A stretch of 64,000 nt of DNA, from contig NC_087453.1 of assembly GCF_036321535.1 (NCBI RefSeq), positions 11,718,001-11,782,000 of the forward strand, read 5' to 3'. Positions 13,321-24,290 of this stretch are shown here, in pieces. Within the stretch, counting starts at the first letter, position 1. Each line of letters begins with the position of its first letter. A program made the translations under genes and the position numbers. Below the pieces are notes generated by a model. The model did not search any database. It had not been told where the DNA came from and saw only the letters and a list, made by a program, of their open reading frames with translations. This stretch comes from Camelus dromedarius (Eukaryota).

Positions 13321-14331
13321 AGAATATTTTCCAACCATTTCCCCTATCCAGGCTGCACTCAAATCGAGCCTTCTGTAATGAGGCTGCACAAGTCCTAAGA
13401 GCTCCTGAGTAGAAGAAACTAAAAATAGCTATAGGAGACATAATAAAGATGGCTTTTGTTAAAGTAGGGAAGTTACATAAACTAAATGCATCAGAGAGCT
13501 TTCTAACAGATCAGTGGTTGCGAGTTGCAATGCAAAAACTTAACTGAAAATTCAAGCCGGCTGCAAAAGTGAGCCCAGAAGGAGACTGGCAAGCACTAGG
13601 TACCCCACGCCCATCTAGCTCACTGGACTCTTTGGTAGGGGCGGGCGGACGACTCACTAACTCCACCTCCCCTCAGGCCTCCCAAGCAAGTCGACCTACC
13701 AGTGATAGCTTGAGAGGCAGACAAGCTTGCCACCTGCTGTTCGACTTGCGCTTCCCAGGTGGAGTCAGGATGCAGATACCCCAGCTGTGCTGCCGCCGGT
13801 ATCCGTGGTGCATGTTCCCTGCAGCTTGGTGGGGTTGGGGGAGTTCCAGCAAAACCTGAGGACGTTGTATGAACAGTAATTAAGTAGGGTTCCCATCAGT
13901 GACTGGGTTCAAACCCCTGCTCCTCCACCTTACATGTGACCTTGGAGGAGTTCCTTAACATCTTTAAACTTTAGTTTTCTCTAGTGGACGCTAAGTCCGC
14001 TTACCTCATAAAGGTTTGGGGAGAATTAACGGGGATGATGCCTGTAGAAGTACTCAGCACAGTACCTGGAACTAATAGATGTTATCTGTTATCACCTCAC
14101 AGGGTTGGCAGGATTACTCCAAGTAAACCTGAGCCTTCTGTAAATAAACCAGCTCCGTGTAGGCACTGTAGGTGCAGCAATCCTGTCCTGGTGGTGCATA
14201 CAGTTCACCTGAGAGGCTTGACAGGAAATCAGATGCAGACTCCCCATCTCAGACAGACACAGGAGAACCACATGTTCTGCTTTGCCTGGGACAGTCTTTT
14301 TTTGGGGGGGTGGGGAGGAATTAGCTTTGTT

Positions 14332-14366
<35 letters not shown>

Positions 14367-14380
14367 TTTTTTTTTTTTTA
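14332..14380. repeat. (GT)n(AT)n(T)n microsatellite at SINE tail
   Basis: gtgtgtgtgtgtgtgt atatatatatatatat ttttttttttttt. Confidence 0.9.
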
Positions 14381-14470
14381 AAAGAAGGTTCTGGGGTTTG
14401 AACCCCAGTAGAACCACTAGACTTGCATGCATACCAAGCACACTCTGCCACTGACCTATACCCTCCCCCT
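14366..14470 (-). mobile_element. Short tRNA-derived camelid-type SINE
   Basis: Diverged reverse copy of ggggagggtatagctcagtggtagagcgc...ggttcaatccccagtacctcc. Confidence 0.7.
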
Positions 14471-15204
14471 CTGCCTGGGACTTTTTTATTTTTTAATATT
14501 GACAGTATTGATTTATGTCTTTTGGTATAATTATTAACATTGCCTCCTTTCTCAAAAGGGCCCTGGTTTGGACAATAAATTATGTGGTCACTCTGGACTT
14601 ACAGAATGCCCAGTTTTGCAAGCTCACCAGCTAGTTCTTAATAGCACTGGAGTGTAAAAATCACAGTGATTGTTACCTGTTCTTGCTTTCCATGTTCTCA
14701 GTGTATTTTCTCATTCGTTATTCATTCTCTTAATTGATGATCAAAGCACTGAACACCCCAAGTGCCTATCCTGTTTTACCATGTAATCCTCTGCCAGAAC
14801 CCTGAGAGTTGAAATGATTATATCAAATCTACACATGAGGAAACTGAAGCTGAGGGAGTGGAGAGGAGGGGTGAAGTAATTGTCTAAGTTCACAGCCGTG
14901 AAGTAAGAGAACTGGGATTTTAAGCTTAGGGTTTCCAACACCAAAACCCAAGGCTGGTTCCCTAAAACCACACTGCTTCTCTCACTTGTGGAGAAGGGAA
15001 TCTGGACTCAGGGCAGGTGACTTGTCTGAGCTCACACGGGGATCCTGGGCATTTCCACTTCAGTATCTTGCAGGTCTCTCTAATTTAGAGTGTTAAACAC
15101 ACTCCTCACCTTCGTCTGCCTCCCCAAACTTGTTCCTCCAATATATACCTCATCCCTTCTCTCCATCCTCATTTCCACTGCCTAGAGCAAGCCCTGTTAT
15201 TTTT

Positions 15205-15600
15205 AAAAACTTTTTTTTTTTTTACTAAAAATAGCCTACATACAGGAAAGTACACAAAACAGAAATGGAAATGATTTGTCACAGAGTGAAAACCTGGTAA
15301 ATTACATCATTCAAGTCAAGGTATTGCCAAGCACAGGGTAATCACTGCCTTCACTACTTTCATGATAATCACTTCCTTGCTTTTATAGTGTTACCACCTA
15401 AGCACGCATCCCTAAACACTAGTTTCGTTTTACCTGTTTCTTGAATTTTATATAAATAGAATTATATATGTGTTTGCCTTCTTTTGCTCCACGTTGCACT
15501 TGTAAGCCTCATCCATGTTACTGCATGTAGATAGTTCATTTTCATTGCTGTGTTCTGTCTTCCAATGTGTATTTCTCTATTCTACTGTCGGGGGCTATCT
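15205..15600 (-). mobile_element. Old L1M 3' fragment
   Basis: AT-rich, with L1M-like motifs (tataaatagaattatat, catccatgttactgcatgtag). Confidence 0.55.
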
Positions 15601-17889
15601 GAAGCCCCCCACCCCCTACCTCTTTTCTGAATTACTGCTGGTTTAGAGATCAGTCTCCAAACTGGTCTTCTGATCCTCCAGCCTTGCTTCTTTTGTGGTC
15701 CCTAATCCACCATGCGAGCACAGGGATCTCTTCAAGTCTGGTCATGTTGCAAATCTGTGATCAAGTCACCCTGGCTTTAAAACCCTTGAATGTCTCCCCA
15801 TTGACTGCACAATGATGTTCCAAACCCTTAACTTGGCTTGCAAGACTATAGTTATAACAAGAGCTACTATGGCAGAGTGTTTACTCTGGGCTGGGCCTAG
15901 CACTTTACATATATTCATGTTATTCACAATCTGGACCTTTAAACCATCGTGCTTTCATCCGGTTCCAGAAATATTGAACTACTTGTAATTTCCCTAAATG
16001 TGCAGAGTTCTCCCTTGACCCTGGATGTCTGCATATGCTGTTTGCTTTCACTCTCCCTCTGCTTCCTCCCCTCTTTGCCTGAGTCAGCCTTCAGGTCTTA
16101 ACCTGAGATGTCATCTCTACCAAGCAGCCTTCCCTGAACTTGCCTCCACCCAGGCTAGGCTAGGTCAGCCCCCTTTTCTGTATTCCTATAGCCACCTGCG
16201 CTCAGTGTTTGTCCATTTTTCTCCATCCATGAGTCTGTGGACTGCTTAAGGGTGGGGCCAAGTCTTGTCACCCTTGCAGTCTCTGGGCCCAGAACTGTGC
16301 CCGACCCTCTATAAATATTTGTTGACCATGGACAGACCACACTGGGTTGAAGTCTGGGTGACTTTTGCAGGTATCCCCATTTCTGTTCCAGGCTCTGGTT
16401 TCTGTGGTGGGAACACCAACGCACCCCCACTTTGGGACACCAAGAAAAACAAGAGCTGCCCACTGTGGCAGAGTCCCTGCTGGCAGCCAGGCATCCTCTA
16501 CCCCTAAGATGGGGAACAGCGGGTTGAGCAAAGATCCTGGGGCTTTCAAGCTGTGTCTCAACTTTTCTGAAGAAGCCTTGCTTGACAGCAGGTCTGGGTT
16601 GGGAAAGATGGCTGGAGTAAGCAGAGTTCCTCCAGCTCTGGCCAGTCCTTGTTGGGAGCCTGGTCTCAGGCCCCCAAGGACCCCGGCCTCAAATGAGACA
16701 AAGCCCAGTCTCCATATTAGAGTTGAAACATAAACATACAGCCTCAAGTTGCCATATACCTTCAGCCCCTAGTTCTTTCCCACGACAGCAAGAAGCTGCT
16801 GAGATCAAGCCCTGAGGTCCTGACAGTTGGGGAAGGGAGGCTCCAATGTGATCCAGTTCCAGATTGCCTTCCTTCCCCGCCAAGGCCAAGCCTGAGCTTT
16901 TCAGAGACCCGGTTGTACAGTTTAGATAACACTCAGGCGGTTTCCGAGGCAAGGGGCCCCAGCCCTAGGAAAGCTGTGGAAGGGAGGCTTCCACCCTGAG
17001 CTGTGGTTTCCACAGGGAGTGGCTCTCTGGCCATTCTGGGGGCAGATGAGAGAAGCCATTTAGTCCAAGAATAGATGAGGGAAACGGGGCGTCTCCTCTG
17101 GCCTCCCTGGCCCCGCAAGTGTCTGATGTGGTCTGATGCTCCCTTCCAGTTGGTCACTGCCCGAGATGTGTTGAGTGAGTTCTGCCCCTGAACCTTGAGA
17201 AGCAGTGATAAATAAGACAGGCCCTTTGTCCTTAGGGAGCCCATGGAAGAGTAGAGGAGGCAGACACATAAATCAACCCCCAGCTCCGAGGAGACAAGGG
17301 CTTCACTGGGATGACCAGGGGAGTGGGCGTGCAAAGGAGAAGGCTTCAGAAGAGATAACAATGAGGTGAATTTTGTTGGAAGAAGAGGATTTTCCAGGTG
17401 GGCAAGGAAGGGGGAAGGGTATGGCCTGTGCTGAGGCCTGGACGTGTGAAAAGGTGTATTTCATCTGGAGAAATAGTCAGCCCAAGGATAGGGGCTCACA
17501 GATGGAACCTGGGCTCTGGAACCCAAATTCAGTCCCTGTTCTGGGTTAGAGCCCAGCACCGCCAGGTGGTATTTGAGTCACCTCAGGATGGGGTAGGGGG
17601 CACCTCTGGTGGTCCCCTCCAGCCTCCCATCCATTCCCTCTGATGCCCATTTTTCTACTTTGGGCAGCATGGCCAAGAGCCAGGATGTTTATACCCATAC
17701 CAGCTGAGTCTGCAGAATTAGATCCCAGACTTCTCCAAAAGAGAAACCAGGGTGTCAGCTAGCAGCTTCCTGAAAGTCTGAGACCAGAGGAAATGCTGAC
17801 CTGCAGAGAGGAAGGGGAGGACCCTAACTGATCCTGGGTCCCAGCTGAGGGGTTTCTAGAACAGTTGGCTTCTAACCCGGAAAGCTCAA

Positions 17890-18448
17890 CTCTGGCTGGT
17901 AAACCCTTTTCTAACAGCTTGATTTGGCATGATTTACATACCACAAGATTTACATACCACTGGTTTCAAATAACTGTTCAGTGATTTTTGGGAAATTTAG
18001 CCAGTTGTGCAACCATCACAACTCAGTCTTAGAACATCTCCCTCACCCCCACCAAAAGATCTCTCGTGCCTGTTGGCAGTTAACCCCTCTTGCCATGCTC
18101 CAGTCCCAGGTCACCACGAATCTGCTTTCTGCCTCTATAGATTTGCCTTGCCTGGACCTTTCATATAAATGGAATCATACAAAAATATAGTCTTTATGTC
18201 TTGGTTCTTTCACTTTGCAGAATGTTTTTGAGATTCATCCAGGTTTTAGCACAAATCCGTAATTCATTCTTTTTTACTGCTGAACAGTATTCTGTCGTAC
18301 AGATATACCACATTTTGTCTTTCTGTTTACCAGCTGATGGACATTTGGATTGTTTCCACTTTTTGGCTGTTATGAATAGTGCTGCTGTGAACACTCATGT
18401 ATGCATATTATGTGAACATATATTTTCCTTTCTGAGTGGAATTGCTGT
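17890..18448 (-). mobile_element. L1M (L1MB/MC-like) fragment
   Basis: Typical motifs gtgcaaccatcac, tttcatataaatggaatcatac, gatggacatttggattgtttccactttttggc. Its reverse translation (MFTAALFITAKKWKQSKCPS) is L1 ORF2 C-terminus-like. Confidence 0.8.
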
Positions 18449-19214
18449 NNNNNNNNNNNNNNNNNNNNNNNNNNNNNNNNNNNNNNNNNNNNNNNNNNNN
18501 NNNNNNNNNNNNNNNNNNNNNNNNNNNNNNNNNNNNNNNNNNNNNNNNNNNNNNNNNNNNNNNNNNNNNNNNNNNNNNNNGTCAGTTTTTTATATTAGAA
18601 CCTGCCAAGGAACTTTTTCAAAACACCCACTGATGCCCAGACTCTATCCCAAAGCAATTAAATCAGAATCTTGGGGGATGAGGCCCGGGAATAGGTATTC
18701 TTAACATAAGAAAACAAAGCAGAAACCTCCCTACTTTAAAAGCTACTGATGTGCAGAAGGGTCGAGAACCAGCGATCTAACTTGAGGCCTGAACTTCTAT
18801 CTGACTTCACTGAGAGGGAGCTCCAGCTGGTCAGCAGCCTCTCCCACACCAGGAAACATATGAACTTGGAGATGAGAACCAAGAAACCTCCCAAGAAGGC
18901 ACATGCAGCCCCAGAGCAGAGGGGCTTGTTGGAAGGTGAGGTGAAGGAGCCTGGGGGTGGGTTGGGTTGGGGTCCTGATTTCTGCACAGCCAGCTGACAT
19001 CCTAAGGGGGCATCTTAGGGATTGTTCAGGCCTCTAAAGAGATTAAGGAAAGTATGCCATTCTTGGCTGCAGACCAGCTCCAGAAAACCCCCAGGAAACC
19101 CAAGGAGGTGGGCAGTGCCAGCAGGAGGTGTAGAGAGCTTAGAGGCTCAGGGGGGAATTAGGCCAGGGCCATACTTTGTGATAAAATCTCCTCCTCTTGA
19201 AAGATCTGCAGATG

Positions 19215-19990
19215 ATAATAACTGCCCACTTTCTGTGTACCAGACCCTGTGCTAGACATGAGAGACAGCCACAAATGAGCTCACAGTCTACTGGAAGAAA
19301 CAGACAATAAAGAATTAAATAGAATGGCGGGTAATGATGGGGAGGGGGCCTCTGAGTGGGGGTGGTGTTTGAGTAGAGCTCTGAGCCAGTAAAGGAGGCT
19401 AATTATTGCAAAAGTCAGTGTGCAAAGATGTGGCTGGTAGAGGGAAGAGTTAATGGAAAGCTTGAGTCGGCCTGAGTTTGGTCTGTTTCGAACAGTAGTG
19501 GAAGGTGGAATTGGAGAGGAAGGCGGGCAAGAGCTAGATCAGCTAGTCTCTCGGGGGTCATGGCCAGAGTCCAGGTTTTATTTTGCATGCAATGGGGAGC
19601 GAATGGAGGGTTTTGAGCACAGTAGGAGATACTACAATTTCTACTCTTAAATGATCAGTTTGGTTGGTGTAGGGAAACTAGACCTATAGGGGCAGTAGTG
19701 AGGCCAGGGGACGAGGCAAGTTGTCCAGGTAAAAGGAAAATGACTTGGATCGTTGTTGATGCAAATGGAGGGACGTATGGATGTGGGACATCGTTTGGAG
19801 TTAGAGACAGTAGGATTTGCTGACATGGGGTAGAAGGAGGAAAGAGGGACAAGAACAACTCCTGTGTCTGTGATTTGGGCATCTAGGTAAAGGATGGTGC
19901 CATGAACTGAGACGGAGAACCCTGAGAGAGGAGTGGAATTGGTACCAAAGGTGGGGGTGCTAAAATAGAGCTCTAGCTCTGTGGAGGGGA
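19215..19990 (+). mobile_element. L2 remnants
   Basis: gagctcacagtcta, ggagggttttgagcac, ggatgtgggaca...gacaagaacaactcc-type L2 motifs. Confidence 0.6.
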
Positions 19991-21401
19991 GGAGGGAGGC
20001 CGGAGCGCTGTGCTGTCCTCTTGATTCCTGGCTGGGGGGGTTGGCCATCCGTGTTAGATCAAAGCCCATGCTCTTGATAGCTTGTGAACTCCAAACATCT
20101 AGACAGCACCACTGCAGACCCTCCACCCCTTCCTCAAATCACTGAGAGGCTGGGAAGCCCATGCTGAGTGACAAATGCAGCAAGGATAGGAGGCTGAGAG
20201 GACCATCGAGAGAGAGAGGCACCCATGAGTCAGAGTCAGCTCGCAGGCTGCAAGAGGCATAGAAACTGGAAAGCAGGGTGGACCATGAAGAAAACAAAGA
20301 AGAAATCAGGGAGAATGAGTGAGCTGCCCGAGGTCAACATCGGAGCTGAGCTGGAGAGGTATCAGGGACCGGGGAGCAAAGGACCCAGGAGCTGGGGAAG
20401 CAGCATCCTGCGAGAACTGTTAGAATCCTTGTTTCCAACCTGGAAGGACCTTCAGGGACCAGGTGGCCAACTCCTTCCCCAAGAAAAGGAAGAAATGAGA
20501 ATGAAAAGGAGAAACCAAAAAGAGCAGGTCTCCAAGTTTTAGAAGTCACAGAAAGGCAGTCAACAGCTCCATCCTGGCTGAACCCAGAAGGTCCCAGTCC
20601 GTTATTTCCCCCTGTCCCTTTGATAAATGTCCAGCCCCCGTAGGGGAAGTTCTGTCCAGCTGCATGCTGGAAATAGGTGGTTTGAGTAGATGTAATCAGG
20701 GCCTCCTGATCTGACATCCGTTCCCCCCACCAACAAATACCCCTCTGCTCATTCCAACTGGGCCACCATCACACGTTGCCAGGCACACAGGCTGCAGTGC
20801 TCACGGGCTCAGGCAGAGAGAGAGGGATGGGGGTCATGTCCTGAGGGGTAGCTTGGGTGGGCATCAGGGGTGGGGGAAGGATCAGGAGGGGAGATGGGCT
20901 GATGCAGCTTCTCCAAGCCATGCAAGGATCCAAAGAAAACACAGCTGGAAGCAGGGAGAGGGAGGGGGAGCCAGGCGACGCATGTGTTGACATCTTGGGC
21001 AGAAATCCAACTTGGGATCCTGTGGTCAGTGTATTTATTTACTGGGAACAGTTACTTCCCCCTGCTGAACTTCAGTTTCCCAATCTGTAAAACAAGGGCC
21101 ATACCCGCTACCTCAGGGGATTGCTGTGAGGATCAGATGGGACCATTCAAAGAGAAGGGCAAGAGAGTGGAGTGGTTAAGAGCAAGGGCTCTGAAGCCAG
21201 ACTGACCGCAGCTAATGACTTCACCCCACTGGGCCTCAGCTTCTATATCTGTAAAGTGGGGGTGATGATACTGTAGAGGGTATTAGGCGGCTTTAGTGAG
21301 TTCATATTTGCAAAGCACTTTTTGTTAGACAACTAGTTCATACTAACAATCAGAGACATTCACTGAGCCCTTTGGTGTGCCAAATATTAGATCCAGCACT
21401 T

Positions 21402-21534
21402 AACTTTATTTAAATTTTTTTGGGGGGGTATTTATTTATCTACTTATTTATTTAAATGGAGGTACTGGGGATTGAACCCAGGACCTTGTGCATGCTAAGC
21501 ACACACTGTACCAGTGAGCTATACCCTCCCCTCC
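21402..21534 (-). mobile_element. Camelid-type tRNA-derived SINE with target-site duplication
   Basis: ggaggtactggggattgaacccaggacc...gagctataccctcccc. TSD tagatccagcactt (21388-21401) and tagattcagcactt (21535-21548). Confidence 0.85.
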
Positions 21535-21671
21535 TAGATTCAGCACTTTATATACTTTATCACATTAAAATATCACTGCCACCCAGAGAGGGAGGCAGGT
21601 ACTAGAGCATCCCCATTTTACAGATGTGGAAACTGAGGCTCATAAAGAGCTTTCCTTTTATTCCCCCCTTT

Positions 21672-22100
21672 TTAAGTATATTTTTGTTTAATTGAAGTAT
21701 GGTCAGTTTATAATGTTGTGTAAATTTCTGGTATATAGCATAATGCTTCAGTCATACATGTACATACATATGTCCTTTTCAAACTCTTTTTCATTATAGA
21801 TTACTATAAGGTATTGAATATAGTTCCCTGGGCTAAACAGTGGAAACTTGTGGTTTAGCTATTTTATATATAGTCGTTAGAATCTGCAAATCCCGAATTC
21901 CCAATTTATCCCTTCCCACCCCCATTCCCCCTAAGTTTGTTTTCTTTGTGTGGGTCTGTTTCTGTTTTGTAAATAAGTTCACTTGTGTCATTTTTTTAGA
22001 TTCCACATATAAGTGATATCATGTGGTATTTTTCTTTCTATTTCTGGCTTACTTCACTTAGTATGACGATTTCCAGGCCCATTCGTGCTGCTTCAAGAGA
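21672..22100 (-). mobile_element. Cetartiodactyl-type L1 3' end
   Basis: attgaagtat...ttccacatataagtgatatc...ttcacttagtatgac. Similar in reverse complement to the copy at 54075-54420. Confidence 0.8.
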
Positions 22101-22122
22101 TCTACTTTTTAATTTATTCTAA

Positions 22123-22330
22123 AACAGGGGTAGGCAAACTACAGGGGGTAGGCAAACTACAGCCCATGGGCCCACTCCAGCAAGCAGCCCATTTGTATTA
22201 AAGTATCATTTCTGGCTTCTTTCCTGCTACAGTGGCAGAGTTAAGCTGTGAGAGAGATTGAAGGGCCTGCAAAGTCTGGAATATGTACTCTCTGGCCCTT
22301 TACAGGAAAAGCTTGCTGACCTCTGCCCTG
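22123..22330. mobile_element. MER58-like hAT MITE
   Basis: cagggggtaggcaaacta (tandemly duplicated at the left end) through ctggccctttacaggaaaagcttgctgacc. Confidence 0.6.
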
Positions 22331-22859
22331 AAAAATAGCAGAAGCAGGATTTGAACCAGGTCGGCCTGGATCCAAAATGCTTAGCAGCTCTGCTGTCCTG
22401 GTTTTTTGCAATAAGGCTATAAAGGCTAGAAAAGCATTTCTTTCCTGTCACTTTGAGTGCTGGGAAGGCTTCCCTTAACTTCTCAAAGCCAGGGGTGAAT
22501 GTGGAAAGGGATTTGGGGATTCTGATCTCTCCATCCCTCAAGCCAAGTGGCAAGGACTCAGGGAGGCTGCCAAAGCCCCTCCCTCCTGGGCTGCACATCT
22601 GCCAGCATCAGTCTGAAGTGTGAGGGTTGGGCACATAAGTTGTGGGAGAAAGGGGAATCCCATGTGACAGAGAAGGGCAGGCTGAGCAGGCGAGCCCCTG
22701 GAATCCAGGTTAGAGACACACCTTCTTGGCCTGCAGCCCAGGTCAAGGCTGTGTTTAGAGTCAGTTGGACTGAGACTCACAATGTGCAGGAGTTGGTCAA
22801 GAATCCCAGGGTGGTGTAGGTATCGCCTGCTCCCCAGGGACACTCAAGGGCTCCAAACC

Positions 22860-23345
22860 AGGTCAGTTACTCAGCAAATATTTCCTCAGTATCTACTCTG
22901 TGCCAGGCATTGTTCTAGGCACTGGGAATAAGCGGTGAACAAGATCCCAGCTCTCATGAAGACAGACAATAAACTAAGATTAAGTAGAAATAAGATCTAT
23001 AAAGAAAAGAAACCAGGCTCATGTGCTTGAGAGTTAACTTCTAGATAAGCAGGGAAGGCCTTTCTGGAGAAGAGCCATTTAAATGGAGACCAAAATGACA
23101 AGGAGCCAGAGGGAAGAGCAGAGGGGAAAGCATTCTAGGCAGAGGAAACAGCAAGTGCAAAGGATCTGAGCAAAGAAGAATTTCACTTGCATGTTCAGGA
23201 ACCAAAAATCAGTGTGGCTGGAGCAGAATGAAAAGGGTGAGAAGTGGGAAAAGAGGCAGGGAAAGGCCCTTTCCCATGCCTAGAAATCAGGGCGTGGAGG
23301 CAGTTTATTCCAGGCGTAATGGAAAGCCACTGAATGATGGTTAAT
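22860..23345 (+). mobile_element. L2 fragment
   Basis: gtgccaggcattgttctaggcactggg, gcagaggaaacagcaagtgcaaagg, aatggaaagccactg. Confidence 0.7.
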
Positions 23346-23674
23346 GATGCTAATAATTGTAGCTAACAGTTTTTGAGCCCTTACTAAATGCCAGGTGCTT
23401 ATTAAGCCCTTGAAATGCATTAACTCATTCCTAAGAGGGAGGTCCTTTGATTGTCCTCAGTTTATAGATGAGGAATCAAAAGCCTAAAGAGGTTGCCCAA
23501 GGTCACATAGCTACATTTAAAGTTCACTGAGGCTGCAGTGGGGACAGTGAGTTACAGGGGCCAGGACTCTGCAAGAGATAACAATGATACAAAGACAGCT
23601 TGCATTCCAGTTGAGAGGAAAGGAAACCAGCGTTCACCAGGTTTTCTGCTAGAGCCAGACTCCAGGAAAAGCAA

Positions 23675-23690
23675 AGGTTACTAGAGTTCA
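23675..23690 (+). promoter_or_regulatory. DR-4 LXR response element upstream of PLTP
   Basis: AGGTTA ctag AGTTCA: two nuclear-receptor half sites spaced by 4 nt. Matches the LXRE recalled for human PLTP. Confidence 0.7.
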
Positions 23691-24171
23691 AAGGCACAGA
23701 GGCACTTCCTTCTCTGGATAGCCTTAGCACTTTCTCTGTTCCCCTCCTACACCCTTTCTGCCTTGTTTGCTTGTGATCCGTGCCCCTAATAATAGCTAGC
23801 ATTTATTTGGCATTAATGGTGTGCCATGTATCATGCCCAGCACGTGCGCTGTGCCTATTTCATTCATGCTTGCAATTACCTAATTGTCCCCATTTTAGGA
23901 TGGGGAAATTGAGGCTTAGGGCGGCTAATGTAAGGAGTCCAAGGTCATACACCTAAGAATTGATAGCCTAGGATTTGAACCCTGGTCTGTCAGATGCAAA
24001 AGTCTAAGCACTTAACTACTGGGCTGTAAACACCCCTTCACATCCTGCCATGAACAGTCTGTGGGTTCCCCAATAGCAGCCAAGGATGATCTTTCCCTCT
24101 AGGTTCCTGCTAAAGAGGGTACATAGTAGTGCTGACCTCATAGGTTGTTAAGAAGATTAAATGAATCTAGA

Positions 24172-24290
24172 TCTAGGGTCACCAACCATCATGGTTTGCC
24201 TGGGACTGTAGGGGCTCCCAGGAAAGAAAACTTTCAGTTTCAAAATTTGGGAAAGTCCTGGGCAAATCAAGATGAGTTGGTCATCATGCC
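24172..24290. mobile_element. MER53-like MITE
   Basis: Ends tagggtcaccaacc...gagttggtcatc are imperfect terminal inverted repeats. Confidence 0.55.

Larger units (their letters stand above)
12590..20643 (+). pseudogene. Candidate unrecognised multi-exon gene with inactivating lesions (unitary pseudogene candidate)
   Basis: Exon-like segments 12590-12618, 13352-13568, 13759-13875, 16392-16616, 16766-17174, 17236-17365, 18757-18935, 19073-19107 and about 20147-20643 have AG/GT ends. Junctions are phase-compatible apart from one inferred frameshift at about 13541, and only scattered stops interrupt the frame. No family recognised. Confidence 0.45.

Noticed and set aside
14103-14454. Phase-2 acceptor at 14103 as the next exon of the candidate decayed gene
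   Set aside because: The acceptor and phase fit, but I found no convincing donor and the frame runs into a microsatellite and a SINE. Left out of the model.
18194-18704. ORFs MFTAALFITAKKWKQ... and MVLSLCRMFLR...
   Set aside because: These are translations of an old L1 fragment and run across an N-gap.
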